Both the position numbers and the translations under genes were made by a program. Positions 43,011 to 60,346 of a DNA stretch of 64,000 nt are shown here, one piece after another (the first letter of the stretch is position 1; every line of letters begins with the position of its first letter). This DNA is from Eledone cirrhosa (taxonomy: Eukaryota). A model generated the notes under the pieces. The model was not told where the DNA came from, did not search any database, and worked only from the letters and a program-made list of their open reading frames with translations. The stretch spans positions 124,001 to 188,000 of the forward strand of contig CAXHJY010001342.1 in assembly GCA_964016885.1 (NCBI GenBank), given 5' to 3'.

Positions 43011-44076
43011 CTGGATCTTTCCTTGTCTTAAACTTAAAGTTTGGCTACTCATTCTAACAGTTCGAGCGACCGTGTGGAGACTGCTATCTTACATGAGTTC
43101 ATAACATAAGTAGGCGGAAGCTGTCTGTGATGAAATAAATAACTTCTTTCGTTGCAATCTTTAAACTGAAACTTCAAACTAAGCCGGAATCAATTTTACA
43201 TGTATCTATGGCAACCATAATTGCGGTGAAGACATTCGAAAATTAATATTATTAATGTAAAACAAATGTAGACTGTGTTCAAAATTACCTTACTCTATAA
43301 AAATCAACATCCCGGCTATATGTTAGCATTAATGGAAAGGTAACAGTTATCAAAATGATATTTAATTTAGTTCCTTTAGTCTTATTGCTTAATTTAAGGA
43401 TTTGTAAAAGGTGAAGAGAGTGTTAATTATCTTGTTTGGAGAAATGATGAATTAGAATCATATATACAATCTTCATGTAGTTAACCATCTGCTGAAATGT
43501 ACTCATTCAGTTATACAGCAAACAAGATTGCAATAAGAAAAATATTCACCATAGTATTGGAGAAATAGGCACGACAATATAAAATTATATCCCTTTGGTT
43601 TCTATAAAGTGATTTTGAAATAAGAAAGCTAGGTTGAAGCTGATGAAGTTAAGTATATTCTCAAGAGATAATACAGGCCAGTATTCATTGAATGGAAAAC
43701 AATATAAGTCCTCTTTACACGAGATACTGAGAGACGATATCCATGTGGATACTCAAATCTACTATTGACTGAATATCGATATCATGGAAAATGAATATAA
43801 AAGAAATTGCTGTGAATAAGGTTTTCCATGACGCTATTATACTAATCCTTAGCATCAATCGAAGCACGCTCCATTTTGCTTACTGCTACACTTTCTACCA
43901 ACCCTTTCATTATACATCTTTCTTTTTTCTTCTCTGTTTCTCTCTCTCTTTCTTCCCTATCTCTCTCTCTTTCTTCCCTCTCTCTCTCTCATTCTCCTTG
44001 TTATGTATGAAATTGGTTATTGAATATTCGTTTCAGCTATACACATATATGCAAATTGTCATATATATATATAATG

Positions 44077-44142
<66 letters not shown>

Positions 44143-44242
44143 TAATTGTTTCTACTTTAGGCACAAGGCCAGCAATTACCCAGTACATTACTGGTACCTT
44201 ATTTTATCGACCCCGTAAGGATGAAAGGCAAAGTTAAATATA

Positions 44243-44289
<47 letters not shown>

Positions 44290-44611
44290 ACGTACATACA
44301 TATATGTATACAGACGTACAGTAGTATGTATATATATATATATATATATATACATACATGCACACATATATATATGCACACAAATATAATGTAATATATA
44401 TATATGTATGTATACGTACATACATACATGTATACAGACGTGCAGTAGTATGTATATATATACATACATGCACACACATATATATATGCACGTATCGGTT
44501 TACCGAACATTTATTATAATGCTCGGTTTGTTTGTAAACAAACAAACAGCCCGAATTACGCCGTACAGTATTTAGGCAACCACGTCACCTTTTTGTTCAA
44601 CACTGACAGGA

Positions 44612-44654
44612 ACGATGTACTAGTTTCAAGCTTATTAGCTATCGTCAGCATCGT
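44612..44654 (-). ncRNA. Minimal type-I hammerhead ribozyme
   Basis: acgatg CTGACGA t-agct-aata-agct-t GAAA ctag TA catcgt. Confidence 0.85.
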
Positions 44655-45048
44655 ATACCTCCTGCCAGATGGTTGAACGTCTGAAAGTATATACTTTCCT
44701 TATGCATATTAACGGCTGAGCAGCCTAATTTGCATATCAAGTGAGTTTAGTCGGCCGGGCGCACCGAAAATGATAAATGGAATAGAATGAAACGAAATTT
44801 CATTTCTCACTCTTAGTACAGCAGTTACTTAAATGTAAGTATGTATGTATACATACATACATATATGTATACAGACGTACAGTAGTATGTATGTATATAC
44901 ATACATGCACACATATATATATGCACGTATCGGTTTACCGAACATTTATTATAATGCTCGGTTTATTTGTAAACAAACAAACAGCCCGAATTACGCTGTA
45001 CAGTGTTTAGGCAACCACGTCACCTTTTTGTTCAACACTGACACAGGA

Positions 45049-45091
45049 ACGATGTACTAGTTTCAAGCTTATTAGCTATCGTCAGCATCGT
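45049..45091 (-). ncRNA. Minimal type-I hammerhead ribozyme (second tandem copy)
   Basis: Identical to 44612-44654. Confidence 0.85.
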
Positions 45092-45366
45092 ATACCTTCC
45101 TGCCAGATGGTTGAACGGTGACGTCCTTGCCTAAATACTGTACGGCGTAATTCGGGCTGTTTGTTTGTTTACAAACAAACCGAGCATTATAATAAATGTT
45201 CGGTAAACCGATACGTGCATATATATATGTGTGCATGTATGTATATATATACATGGTACTGTACATCTGTATACATATATGTATGTACGTATACATACAT
45301 ACATACTTACATTTAAGTAACTGCCGTACTAAGAGTGAGAAATGAAATTTCGTTTCATTCTATTCC

Positions 45367-46568
<1,202 letters not shown>

Positions 46569-46587
46569 GTTATATATATATATAATG

Positions 46588-46641
<54 letters not shown>

Positions 46642-47384
46642 CATTATATATATATATAACATATGTATATACGTATATGTACACATACGCATAAATATTA
46701 TTTAATAAAACTCTTCCCCATTGAGTTAGTATCTTATGATGAAATAAATTGGATGAAGCAAACAATAGTTAATAAGAGCTACTCTATTATATAGAGGTAA
46801 GCATACAGGAATGAAATAAATTCAACAAAAGCAGTGACATATGTATTATTCAGAAGCAGGAAAAAAATAAATATATCTTATCTATACAAATTTAGTCAAT
46901 ACGTATGTCCACATAAATATGAAAGTTTTGTTCTGCGAACGACAAAAAAACAACAAAAAAACCTCCCAAACCCCAAAAACATATACGCATACATACGCAC
47001 AAAAAAAGAAAACACATACACACATACACACGCACACAAAAGATAATCGGGACAGATTAATTTCTAGTTAATAAGGATACTTCAACATATTCCTAGATCC
47101 ACAAATTTCGGAACATACAAACGAAATCATTACAATGCAAGCAATAATATTAAAGGTACTCATAACACACATTACATATATTGCATAAATTGAATTCCTT
47201 CCCTCATTTCGAATGGATAAAATATTTTTCACAAATATCTGAAATAAAAATGAATAAACAACACAATTATTCACTAAATATTTATTAATCTTAACTACAA
47301 ATTAACACTAGCAAAATATTTCTTTCTTTCATTAATACATATCTGATTAATTATCGTGTGTTCTGCAGAATATATACATATGTA

Positions 47385-47594
47385 CAGGGTGGCCCAAAAG
47401 TCACACAGGGGTTTTAGTTTTTATTAACGCCCTGAATTGTACAGACTGATGTATGAAATTTTGATACAACTTAAAGGACATAATGGAAATTATTTTGCAC
47501 TCGTCAATCCTTGTCACACCCCTACATTACTAAATATAATAAAATAAAATATTTTAAACAGTTGCAACCCCTGTGTGACTTTTGGACCACCCTG
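47385..47594. mobile_element. Tc1/mariner-type MITE
   Basis: TIR cagggtggcccaaaagtcacacagggg / cccctgtgtgacttttggaccaccctg; TA on both sides. Confidence 0.85.
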
Positions 47595-47610
47595 TATATA
47601 TACTTATATA

Positions 47611-47829
47611 CAGGGTGTTTCAAAAATTTGATATCAATGGCCTGTTCCCAAGGTTGAAATATATATTGTGAATTAATGTTATAACGTGGACATGTTTTCA
47701 GGAATAAATCTTGTTACTCAACATGGAGCCTGCTTAGTCTCGTTGTCCTAGACCTTGTAGTTTCTGGGTTATTTACATTTCAAATGATATTAAATTTTTT
47801 GATGATATTAAAATTTTTGAAACGCCCTG
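47611..47829. mobile_element. Second Tc1/mariner-type MITE
   Basis: TIR cagggtgtttcaaaaattt / aaatttttgaaacgccctg; TA on both sides. Confidence 0.8.
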
Positions 47830-48087
47830 TATATAGAGAGTCTACGATGCTGAGATCGAGGAGATTGCGGTTGGGATTTTAACACCACTCTCTCCCTCTC
47901 TCAAATGTCATTACTAATTTTTCAGCAAGGAGTTGAGAAAATGAAAGGAAGCCACCACTTCAGATAAGCATGTATTTTTAATTCATAATATTGTACCAAG
48001 AACTCGACTACGTATAGAAACAATGCGCATGGTAAAATGTACAAACGGAGAAAACGTCACCACACCCACAGCCGAAACAAATAAAGA

Positions 48088-48278
48088 ATAATTGTTTCTA
48101 CTTTTTGGCACAAGGCCAGCAATTACTCAGTACATTACTGGTACTTTATTTTATCGACCCCGTAAGGATGAAAGGCAAAGTTAACTTCGACGGGAATTGA
48201 ACTCAGACCGTAAAGGGACGTAAATATGCTGTAAAGCATGGTGTCCGACCCTCTACCGATACTGCCAATTCACCACCC
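48088..48278 (-). mobile_element. SINE copy
   Basis: Same family motifs. Confidence 0.8.
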
Positions 48279-48488
48279 TAATAATACCAGAATGATGGCT
48301 GCAGACAGAAGGCAAAAAAATCACAGAACGGTCCAAATAATAATGTAATATAATACAATACATTCGTTAATAGAACTATATTGCAATATTGCAATAAAAC
48401 TAATCAGTGAATAAGTAGTCGGCTATTCATCCCTATATGCACATGCGTGCCTGTCAGCATATTTGTGAAAAGGTGTGACTACATATGT

Positions 48489-48521
<33 letters not shown>

Positions 48522-48630
48522 CATACACACACATATATACATATATATATAAATACACATGTATACATATATATTTATAAATACACAGACACAGTCACAC
48601 ACAGACACACAGACACACACACACACACAT

Positions 48631-48693
<63 letters not shown>

Positions 48694-50273
48694 CGTGTTG
48701 GCATTTATGTACGTATGTATGGATACACACATGTTCACACACTCACACACATACACACTTACACCTACACTTAATATACTCAGACAATAAGCATGCATTT
48801 GTTAACATTTTCGTATAGTTAATTCATTTTGTAATAAATAGTAAATAAAAACCGCGAGTAGTGTACACGCAATCGTTAGACATTTTCCCTGCAGATTCGC
48901 AGAGAATTGTCTCAAAGTTGCTAACAAATTAAACCAACAATGTTTTGAATGAGACGACTGCTTTTAAAGCGATTGGTGTCTGCATTTATATTTTGTTTGT
49001 TCATGTGTGAATTGCACCATTATTTATTTCTACAGTAAATTATTTTACCTACGGTATTGTAAAGCAATAAAGGAAAGAAATTGCAACTTTACACGAAATA
49101 AACTATAAGTTACAACTGTTTGTAGGGTTCTGTACTTGCCAACCAGACTGACGCTACCATTAGTTTAATTTGCATTTTGTTATCACGCAGATATACCAGA
49201 CTCACATTCTATAAACAAAATAAATACATGAAACGATTTCTAATATATATACAAGAGGGGTGAGGGAAAGGTCGATTAAATTGACCAGAGTATTTGAGTG
49301 ATACTTTATTTTATCGAACCCAGAAGGCTGAAAGGTAAATGTTAACTTGTGCGGAATTTGAACTCAGAACGTAGAGGGCCACAACAAACAACGATAAGCA
49401 ATCTGTTTGAGGCTCTAACGGTTGTATTAACCCTCTCCCTTAATAAATATATACAATGAATGACTGAATAAATAAATAACTAAAGATCACGGTGAATGTT
49501 AAGCTCCCAGTAATTAAATATGCAAAATCCCAAACGAGGTGTACCATGATAAAATATGCCTCAAAACGGGGAGAAATGAGGCAAAATGGGGAAATTTTAC
49601 CCAATGAAAGCTATTTTCACAAGAGAAGACATCCCTCATCCATCCCAAAGCGGGTGGGTGATCTCCCCGTCGGACGGGGAGAGTTGCCAGATCTGGTATT
49701 ATTTCCTGTATCGTTAGGGCGTCGGAAAAAATGTGTTCTCTGTTCAGGCCCCACCGATGTCATTTTGCTTTTCATCCTATCGAGGTCGATAAATAAAATC
49801 ATTATCATCATCCGGCGGCCTCAGCCGAAATCGACTCAACAATTGATGGGTCGGTCGTTCATTGCCGTTGCCAAGTCCTGGATTTCAATACCAGAATCTC
49901 TTGAGATGACATCGGGAAAGGAGGGCTTGCGCCCCCTGTTATTAGTGACTGCTTGTGGTTTCCAAAGCACTAATGGGGACAAAGTTACATAGATTGCCAC
50001 GATGGCAGATCATACTCTCCTATTACATACAACGTCAGATATGCGTGGGAGGCCGGCATATATCTCGCTCAAAGTCAGATGTCGCCAGGGGTTGATTCGT
50101 TCGTTCTTATAGTATGTGGTTATTTTCATCATTCTAGTAGCTTCTGCTTTGACTCCTCTTGATTTTGCGGTTGGTGTCCTCTGTTGCTGAAGGTTATATT
50201 GGAGACTTTGCGAACTTCATTAGCTCCATTTCCCTTCTCATACTAGGTAACTTGTAGAAGCTCATAACAGTTT

Positions 50274-50472
50274 TACAAATGTCAGCTGAAAAGTTCATAG
50301 ACTGATTATAAAGGATTGATGCTAGGGCCGTGAAATCTTGTATGCATTAATTTCAACTCTTCTTATAAGTGCATTGTTTCTTTCCAGGGACAATGTTGAA
50401 AAATAAAACCTCATTTGGTTATTCCATGACAGCATTTTGATTAGCCTGTGAACTTTTTAGCCGGCCCTCGTA
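50274..50472. mobile_element. Mariner-like MITE; related copy at about 40355-40520
   Basis: gctgaaaagttcatagactga / ttagcctgtgaactttttagc inverted ends; shared interior. Confidence 0.6.
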
Positions 50473-50750
50473 TATATTCCCCTCTTGTTATGGTGTGTGA
50501 AATTTTAATTTTCAGTTTATTCCGTGAATGCAAGGTAAAGCTAACCTTTTATCTTTATGGGGTCGATAATACAAATTACCAGAAACTTCCTGGGGTCAAT
50601 TTAATCGGCCTTCTCTCCCCCAAAATTGTTGGCCTTGTGCCTAAATAAGAAACCATTGTTGTTATACTTATAAAATTATTCATTATTATTATAAAACTAA
50701 CACCTACAATAATTATAATATTCATTGATGATTATGATGACATATCATTA

Positions 50751-50965
50751 TGGTGATTGGCAGCATCGGTAGAGCGTCGGACACCCTGCTTCGCGGCATA
50801 GTGTTAAGACATTTTATGTTCTCAGTTCAATTTCCACCGAGGTTAACTTTGCCTTTCATCCTTACGGGGTCGATAAAATAAAGTACCAGTCACGTACTGG
50901 GGTCGATTTAATCGACTTTCCCCTCTCCCGGAATTGCTAGCCTTGTGCCTATATAAGAAACTATT
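50751..50965 (+). mobile_element. SINE copy
   Basis: Same family motifs. Confidence 0.8.
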
Positions 50966-51434
50966 ATATACCCATACACATACATATGCACATACAGATA
51001 CATACATACCCATGCACATACATACGCACATACATAGATACATACATACCCATACACATACATAGATACAACCATACGCACATACGTGCATACATGCATA
51101 CACCCATCCATATATATTCTATGTTTGCATGCGCACTTGTATGTAATCACAATGTATACACATACGTCACTCACACAGTCACTCACACACTTTATCTCTC
51201 TCTCTCTATTCCCTTGCTTCCCCTCTCTCTCTCTTTCACACACACACACGCGCACCCACCCACCCACGTACACACACACGCACGCACGTACACACACGCA
51301 CGCACGTACACACTCACACGAACACACACACAGAGGCACACACACACACTTACACACACACTCACACGCACGCACACACACACACACACATACACGCGCA
51401 CACACACACACACTCACACACTCACACACACACC

Positions 51435-51495
<61 letters not shown>

Positions 51496-52112
51496 ATATA
51501 CAGCTATGTTCTTTTTATAGTATAAATGTAGAGCTATAATAAGAAACCGACAGATATTTGACAGCTGTCAGGTTTTAATCCAATCTTATTGAATGTTTGT
51601 AAGTGTATAAATGTTACATTTGACAAATAAGTTTTTTCTATTATTATCAGAACTATTCACTATACTGGAATGTTTTTATTTTACAAAAGTGTGAATGTTG
51701 GCGAAGAGAGAATATGGATTGTGAAGAGAAAAAGGAGAAATTTAGGAGAGAGAAAAAAGATAGATAGACTACAAGAACGAAAGAAAGAACAAGATATCTC
51801 AATATAGGCAAATAGACAGAATGAGAGACGCTCATAAAATAAGTATGAAATATGCTGAACAGTAATAACTAATTAAAATAACGCGGAAAAATAATAATAG
51901 TAATAATGGTTTTTGATTTTGGCACATGGCCCTCCATTTTGGGGGAGGGGAGAGTCAATTAGGTACACCACAACTCATCAAAGGTGCATGCATAGTACAT
52001 AGAACATGTACAAAAGTCAGGAAAGTGAACAGTGTATTAGTTATGATACATACACACATATGCCTGCATGTGTATGAAGGGGGAATATCAGGTGTAAAAA
52101 TAATAATAGTAA

Positions 52113-52542
52113 TAATGGTTTTTGATTTTGGCACATGGCCCTCCATTTTGGGGGAGGGGAAAGTCAATTAAATCAACCCCAGTGTGTTACTGGTATTTTA
52201 TTTCATCGAACCCCGTAAGGATGAAAGGTAAAGTTAACCTCGGCGGGATTTGAACTCAGAACGTAAAAGGCCGTAACTCTATGCTATGAAGCAAGTTGTC
52301 TGAGGCTCTACCGACACTGCTGATACACCGCCCTATAGTAATAATAATAGTAATAATAATTGTTTCTATGTTAGGCACAAGGCCAGCAATTACCCAGTGC
52401 ATTACTGGTACTTTATTTTCTCGACCCCGTAAGGATGAAAGGCAAAGTTAACCTCGGCGGGATTTGAACTCAGAATGGCAAGGGCCGTAACTCTATACGT
52501 CAAAGCATGGCGTCCGACCCTCTACCAATACTGCCAATCCAC
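52113..52542 (-). mobile_element. Two tandem SINE copies
   Basis: Same family motifs. Confidence 0.8.
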
Positions 52543-52606
52543 CAATAATAGCTTCTTTACTTGTCACAAGATACAAACAAGGGCTTGTAAATATGTGGCA
52601 TGTAAA

Positions 52607-52743
<137 letters not shown>

Positions 52744-55697
52744 AATATATAATTAACTACAATGTAAAAGAACCCAAAGGCAGTGAACTGGCAGAGTCTT
52801 CAGGGTGTCGGATTAAAAGTGGTTCGATATTTGTTCCGTCTCATTGAGCTCTTCGTTCAAATACTGCAGAGGTCACCTTTGTCGAAGTCTATAAATAAGT
52901 TTAGTAGTAGGGTTGATTCTTCCTCTATCTCTCATTATCACTTTCTTTATCTGCCATTTCTTCTTTCTCTGGAAGATATTGGTTGTGTTACGACCATGCA
53001 TGAGATGGCCTCTGCTAGGTTTAAAAGATCCAAAATTCGCCTTGTTTCATGACGGCACATCTACATCTCTAACAAGAGCTAAGTGCTCTTTACTTTACCA
53101 TAGAGAAGGTGAGATCCGTCTTGGGCCAATCGAAGGAATATTTTGAAACATGTTTTATCCTGAAACTGAAGACAATTTTCTTATCTCAGCTATTAATTCC
53201 TGATCTACAGGTGCAAGCTCAGAGTTTGATAATTCATTTCAGTCATGTTTTGCATCTGTAACTCACCTTTAAGAATATTTACTGATTGTCACCACATCAC
53301 TCTCTACCCACATCTTCCTTTTCAATTGAAACTTGAAAAAATTGTTTGGTCGAAGAGAAATGTATCTATTTTTATTCCTTTCAATTCGGTCCACTATACA
53401 ATCTCTTTCGCAATTGCAGCCAGACAGAGAACACTGTTTGCCCTTCCCAGGCAAAAAAATAGACTGTCGGGTGATCTTCACAATAAACTCGACTGATAGC
53501 CGAATCCATCCCACACGCCAGATCAATGCTGGTACACAAAAGTAATACATATCTCCATCAATTAAAATGAACTGAGAACGACATTATATTATTCACATTT
53601 AAATGTTTATTATAGAAATATATCAATTTATTGAAACACATTAATTTATAAAGCTACGTATTTCCCCATTAAAACTGAAGCATTCATTATTTTTTTAATT
53701 ACAATTGAAACAAAAAGAAAACAATTCTCTAAACGAAACACTAATACAATATTTCTGAATAGTTTCATTAAAATTCATCAGTTTTATTTTACAGGACGAA
53801 ACAGTCACGTCTTTGAACAACATTTCTAGACGAAAGACAACAACATGATCACGAATATGGATATTGTTAATCTCCAATGAATCACAGTTATATCAATAGT
53901 TTATTCCTAAATGCACCAGAACTATTGACGTCATGAAGTGAACGGACGAAATTTCACACAAGAATCGCCACTTTTCCTCTCGCCTGATTTGTATTTAGAC
54001 AAAATTCATTACGTTATTAGTAATGATAATATAAGTGGTTACCAGTTTCAGGTATTTGACTATACAACCCCCATCCCAACAAATCATCGCGATATACACA
54101 GAGAATATAGACAAGATTAAACAGAAACAGGGACCTAGATACCAGAAACTGAATGCATCTTTCTCAGATATTAGGTAAGCAAGAATGAAAGAAAAATTAT
54201 TAATGACATCTTGTGGATCTCACTGCAGAAGAAACTTAAAATAGAAACTGTTTATCTTAGCAAAGCAGTAGTAGCAAGGAACAGCTAATCAGTACAGGAG
54301 TAAGTTGACCGGCAAGAAGATGCGAACAGAAAATACATAGCCTTGAACACGAAGGCAGCAAGAATAACCATTGACCCCTATTTGGATGCTTTGTCTGGGT
54401 AACCCGTATTCCAATGAGTGCAGATGATTCAAGCGTTGTGTGGAATCAAAGACAAGTTTTTGACGGAACACTGCGGGTACGTTCTATCCTACTTGAAGCT
54501 AATATGTGTTGTATTTTAACTGTATGTTGTCCAAAATGTTCACATAAAAGAGGCATATTAGGGACAGACAGTTCAGTGTCGACCGAGATGTTCTCCAGTG
54601 CTTCCCAATGAGAGATGGAGAATGCCACGTAATACAGTTCTAAGCAGATGAAGTAGCTAACTTCCTGTGTGGTTGTTTACTGGACAAATCAATAGGTCTG
54701 GCTGGTTTACTCTACCGACTTTACTATTACACAGACTTGACCGATACAGTCTAAGCAACGGTATCCTGCAACTGGCATCAGTCTGGTTTATTCCAAGTAA
54801 TTTGAACGGAGAAGTAGTGACGTTCCGGAAGAAAGGCCTAAACTAAGCGAACATAATTGACAACTTAGGTTTCTAAAGCAGATTAAAAAAGAGACAAACG
54901 AAAACTAGGGCAATTCACGTCGAAGACGAGTGCCACCTTTGACTAAGCTTTTAGTGATTACTTTCATTCAGACCATTTGTGGGGCAGATTAGCTACTTGC
55001 TCGTATTCTCGTCCCAGTAATTATCTATTTAAATATCTGGATCGAACCAGCCATCAAACAACTAAATCTGAATATCTTTCCAATGCTCCACGAAGCTTGT
55101 CTCACTACATCCTGAGCTGCAAGCACACCGACATTTTTCGGGGCGCCCAAAACCAATACAGGGTCTTCATTCGTATTTGCCGGCACGTATTTCCATATCA
55201 TAGTTCGAGCCGAATGCCTTACAACACTTAGTTTTCTCAGTAAGAGCTGAAAAGTGAATACACACAAAAGCAATGAGAGAGGACTCATTTGACAGATTGG
55301 ATGTGTGATTCGAAACGGTTTCGAAATGCAACCACTAAGCAAATGCCACTGTAATCTAGGCTCCGAGAACAGTTGAGGTAGCCTAGACAGCATAAAGGTT
55401 TATACAAATTAACATTCAGTATGCAGACATGTAAACACGTCAACTATACGTATTTCCATGTAAATTGAAGAAATATTATTATTTCATAGTGTTTTCCAAT
55501 TCCTTTTTCTATGTATATATATTCAATGTGTAAATTTATATACACATTTACGGTTACCTCGATGCTGTATGCATTCAGATATACACTTGTATCGTATAAA
55601 TATAGAGTTGTTTAGCACACACACACTCCCATACACACACACACATGTATATATATAAAACATGAGAAGAATGAATACTGCGTGGTTGCACATGGGT

Positions 55698-56917
<1,220 letters not shown>

Positions 56918-59900
56918 TGTGGATGGGTGTATAAGTGTGTATTTGACGCTTTATATTGTGTTTGTGCATGTTTATATTATTTTCCCCTCTTCTTTTTTTT
57001 AATCAATTCCTTATTTTTTTCATCTTTCCGAACTAAAAGCTTTTAGACTTCATTCCAATACATTAAATACCGACCATTTTTACTGTCGCCAATTCAGTCT
57101 TTGTAAGTTTGGTTCTATTTGTATTTTTCATTTCTTATTTTCTATATTTTATTTCAATTTTTTTTTGTTTCTAATTTTTGTTATTGTTGTGGTGATCACT
57201 GTAGTGATCGTTGCTGGTGTTGTTGCCGTTGTCGTCGTCTCTTTTCTATATTTTATTTTAATTTTTTTTTGTTTCTAATTTTTGTTATTGTTATGGTGAT
57301 CTTTGTTGGTGTTGTTGCTGTTGTCGTTCTTGTTGGTGATGTTGCTTTTTTGTTGTTGCTGTTGGTGTGTCGTCGTTGTTGTTCCTGATGGTAATATTGT
57401 AGTTGTTGTAGTTTGTGTGGTCGTCATTTTCGTTGTTATTGTTGGTATTTATCTTTTATTGTTCTCGTTATAGTGTTAGCGATGAAGATAATGGTGCTGG
57501 ATGTTGTGCTGGTGTCAATAGGTTTGTAGGTGATGGTTAGTTGTTCTATTAGTGTTAGTTCTTGTATTTAATGTGGTGGTAGAAGATGTATCGGCAGTCG
57601 TAGTAGTGTTAATATTGGAAGTAAATTTTGGTGGTGTTGGAGGTGTTGGAGGTGGTGGTGGTAGAAGATGTATCGCTAATCGTAGTAGTGTTAATATTGG
57701 AAGTAAATTTTGGTGGTGTTGGAGGCGTTGGAGGTGGTGGTGTGTTTGTGGTGGTGGTGATGTTTGTGTTGGTGGTGGTGTTTGTGGTGGTATTTGTGTT
57801 GTTGGTGGTGTTTGTGGTGGTGGTGGATGTTTGTGGTGGTAGATGTGTTATTGTTATTTTATTTCTGAATTTAAAGTTGTGTAGATGGGAGTGAAATTGG
57901 GGGTGGTGTAGTTAGTTTTGTGTCGGGAATGGTTCTATTGATTGCGGCGACAAGGGAAGCCAATGTTTACAGAAGGTGATGGTAGTGTGTTAGCTTTGTC
58001 ATAATTGTAGTAGTAGTTGTTGTTGTCTTTGTGCCAGTAATTGGTGTGGTGTGTGGCGCGTATTGCTGTGGATACTGATGATGATGATGTTTGTGGTGGC
58101 AGCAGTAGATGAAATATTCGCGATCATGGTATAGTACTAGTGATTGTAATTGCAATCATTATTTGCATTGATTGGTGGTAATTATTTGCAATATTAGGAC
58201 GGTATCAGTAGAACGTCCGACAAAATACTATGCAGTATTTCTACGTTCTGATTTCAAATCCTGCCGCGGTCATCTTTGCTTTTCCTCTCTCTGGTGGGCT
58301 AAACTTTTGCCTTATGCCTAAATTATTACAAACCATTATTTGAAGGATTGTCAGTATTGGTAGAGCGTCGGATAAAATGCCATTGTGTTATTTGTTTAAA
58401 TATTGCTGCGGTCCACTTTGCCTTTTGCTTTTCATTCTTCCGATGTCCTTATAATAAGATACTGGCAAAATTCTGGGTTTGGTTTAATCAGCTTTGCCCT
58501 TCTCCTAAGATTTACTGGTTTTGTACCTAAATTAGAAATCAATATTAGGGCGATGAATTGGTAGAAGTCGGACAAAATACTATGTGGTATATAGTTACGA
58601 TTCTCTATATTTTCTGTTCAAATTCTGTCTAGGTCAACTTTGCATTTCATCTTACCAAGGTCGATAACATATTGTGACAGTAAAGTACTAGGGCCGGTGC
58701 AATCGATTATCCACATCCATCAAATTATTGGGCTTGTTCCTAAATTTGAAACTATTACTTTTGATATACTTAAAGGTGAAGATAATGTAACGACGTGGTT
58801 GGTGGTACTGGTGGTTGAGATTATATCGATTGTTTTGCTGTTGTTTAGCTCCAGATTATGCAAGCAAGGTGAATCAGAAGACCTTCCAGTCTTGGCCATC
58901 CCATATTGATATGTGTTATCGATCAGATTTGGTTGTTTACCTTTTAAGGGCTCAACTGATTATGCCAATGTTCTCCTGTCAGATGTACTGTTACGTGACT
59001 AAGCCATGGTGCTGGTAAGGAGTCAAGATGTCGTTTGCTTTTGGTATTGTTTAGCCTCAAGTAAACTCTGATCAAAAATGTCTACAAAAACGAAAAACAC
59101 TCATTCCGAGATCATCCATTTGCAGTGTAAGTGTTAGTGTAAATAGTAACGGCTTTTGTGATTGTTGTCGTGCAGGCGCAGATGAAGTCCTTTTGGAGCC
59201 CTAAACACTTAAAAGATTATGATGCCCCTATCCCCTAAGTCTGCTAAAAAAACAGCATTGTTTTGGAATGGCACATACAATCAATTTGAATACAAGGTTG
59301 CTCTGTTCTCTTGATGCCCTCAGTATGTGCTTACTTCGCCTAATGGTTAAACCAGCCCTGTTGTTATTGTAGGAAATAGAATAGATCACAATACAAGGCA
59401 GAGCCCAATACATTTTACAAGGCCTAAATGAAAGTTGGGAAAGGGAAGGAATGTATTGTCAAACCTGAAATATTACCATACGTTTGCAACAGGGGTCACT
59501 AAAATTATTCACCGGTTAGGTGGTTGTTGGTGACAGTGTTGATGGTAGTAGTGATGATACCATTAATATTAGCCATAGTAATGTTACTGTTGTTGGTAGT
59601 AACAGATTTGATGGTGGTATTGTGATGATGGTAATTAATTAGCAGTAGTGGCAGTTGTTTTTGTCGATAGCTGTAGAGGCGATGGTGATACAAGTAAATG
59701 TTGTTGCGATTGTATCTGTAACAGCATGGCTGTACAGGTCACTGGGGAAGAGGTATTGATTGATATATAAAGTGCTAGGGACGTTCATAGTTACAGGGAT
59801 GTTTGTTGTATTGGTGGAAATAGCGAGATATGATGATCGTAAATGTAATAGTAGCAATCGCGGTGAACTGGTTGTTAACTTATGGTGGTTAATGTTAGAT

Positions 59901-60129
59901 TTATTCGCGAAGAATGTGCCCTTATATCGACTATGGATAAGAGTATGGTCGTCAAATTGTTTGTACTGATTGTGGCAGTGACAATGGTATTAGTGGTGAT
60001 GATAGGAAAGTTTATAGAATAGATATGCTTAAAACTGAACAACAGGATTTGACATCAACATAATTGAAAAGAGAAGCATGCTCATATCAAACTAAAAGCC
60101 ATATACAAAATTAAGCTAAGGTAAAATAA

Positions 60130-60346
60130 TGATTTCTAGAATAGGTACAAGGCCAGTAATTTGGAGAGACGAGAAAGTCGAATAAATCGACACCAGTACG
60201 TTACTGGTGCTTTATTTGATCGACCCAGTAAGGATGAAAGGCAAAGTTAACCTTGGCGGGATTTGAACTTAGACCATAAAGGGCCCTAACTCTATGCCGC
60301 GAAGCATGGTGTCCGACTCTCTACCGATAGTGCCAATCCACCGCCC
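60130..60346 (-). mobile_element. SINE copy
   Basis: Same family motifs. Confidence 0.8.

Larger units (their letters stand above)
44281..45371 (-). mobile_element. Retrozyme-like 437-bp non-coding unit (about 1.6 tandem copies + inverted piece)
   Basis: Unit 44681-45117, partial copy 44403-44680, inverted part 45118-45371; two HHRs 437 bp apart. Confidence 0.8.

Noticed and set aside
49492-49992. 166-aa ORF as a host gene
   Set aside because: No recognisable domain, and it overlaps a decayed SINE-like motif at about 49760-49800
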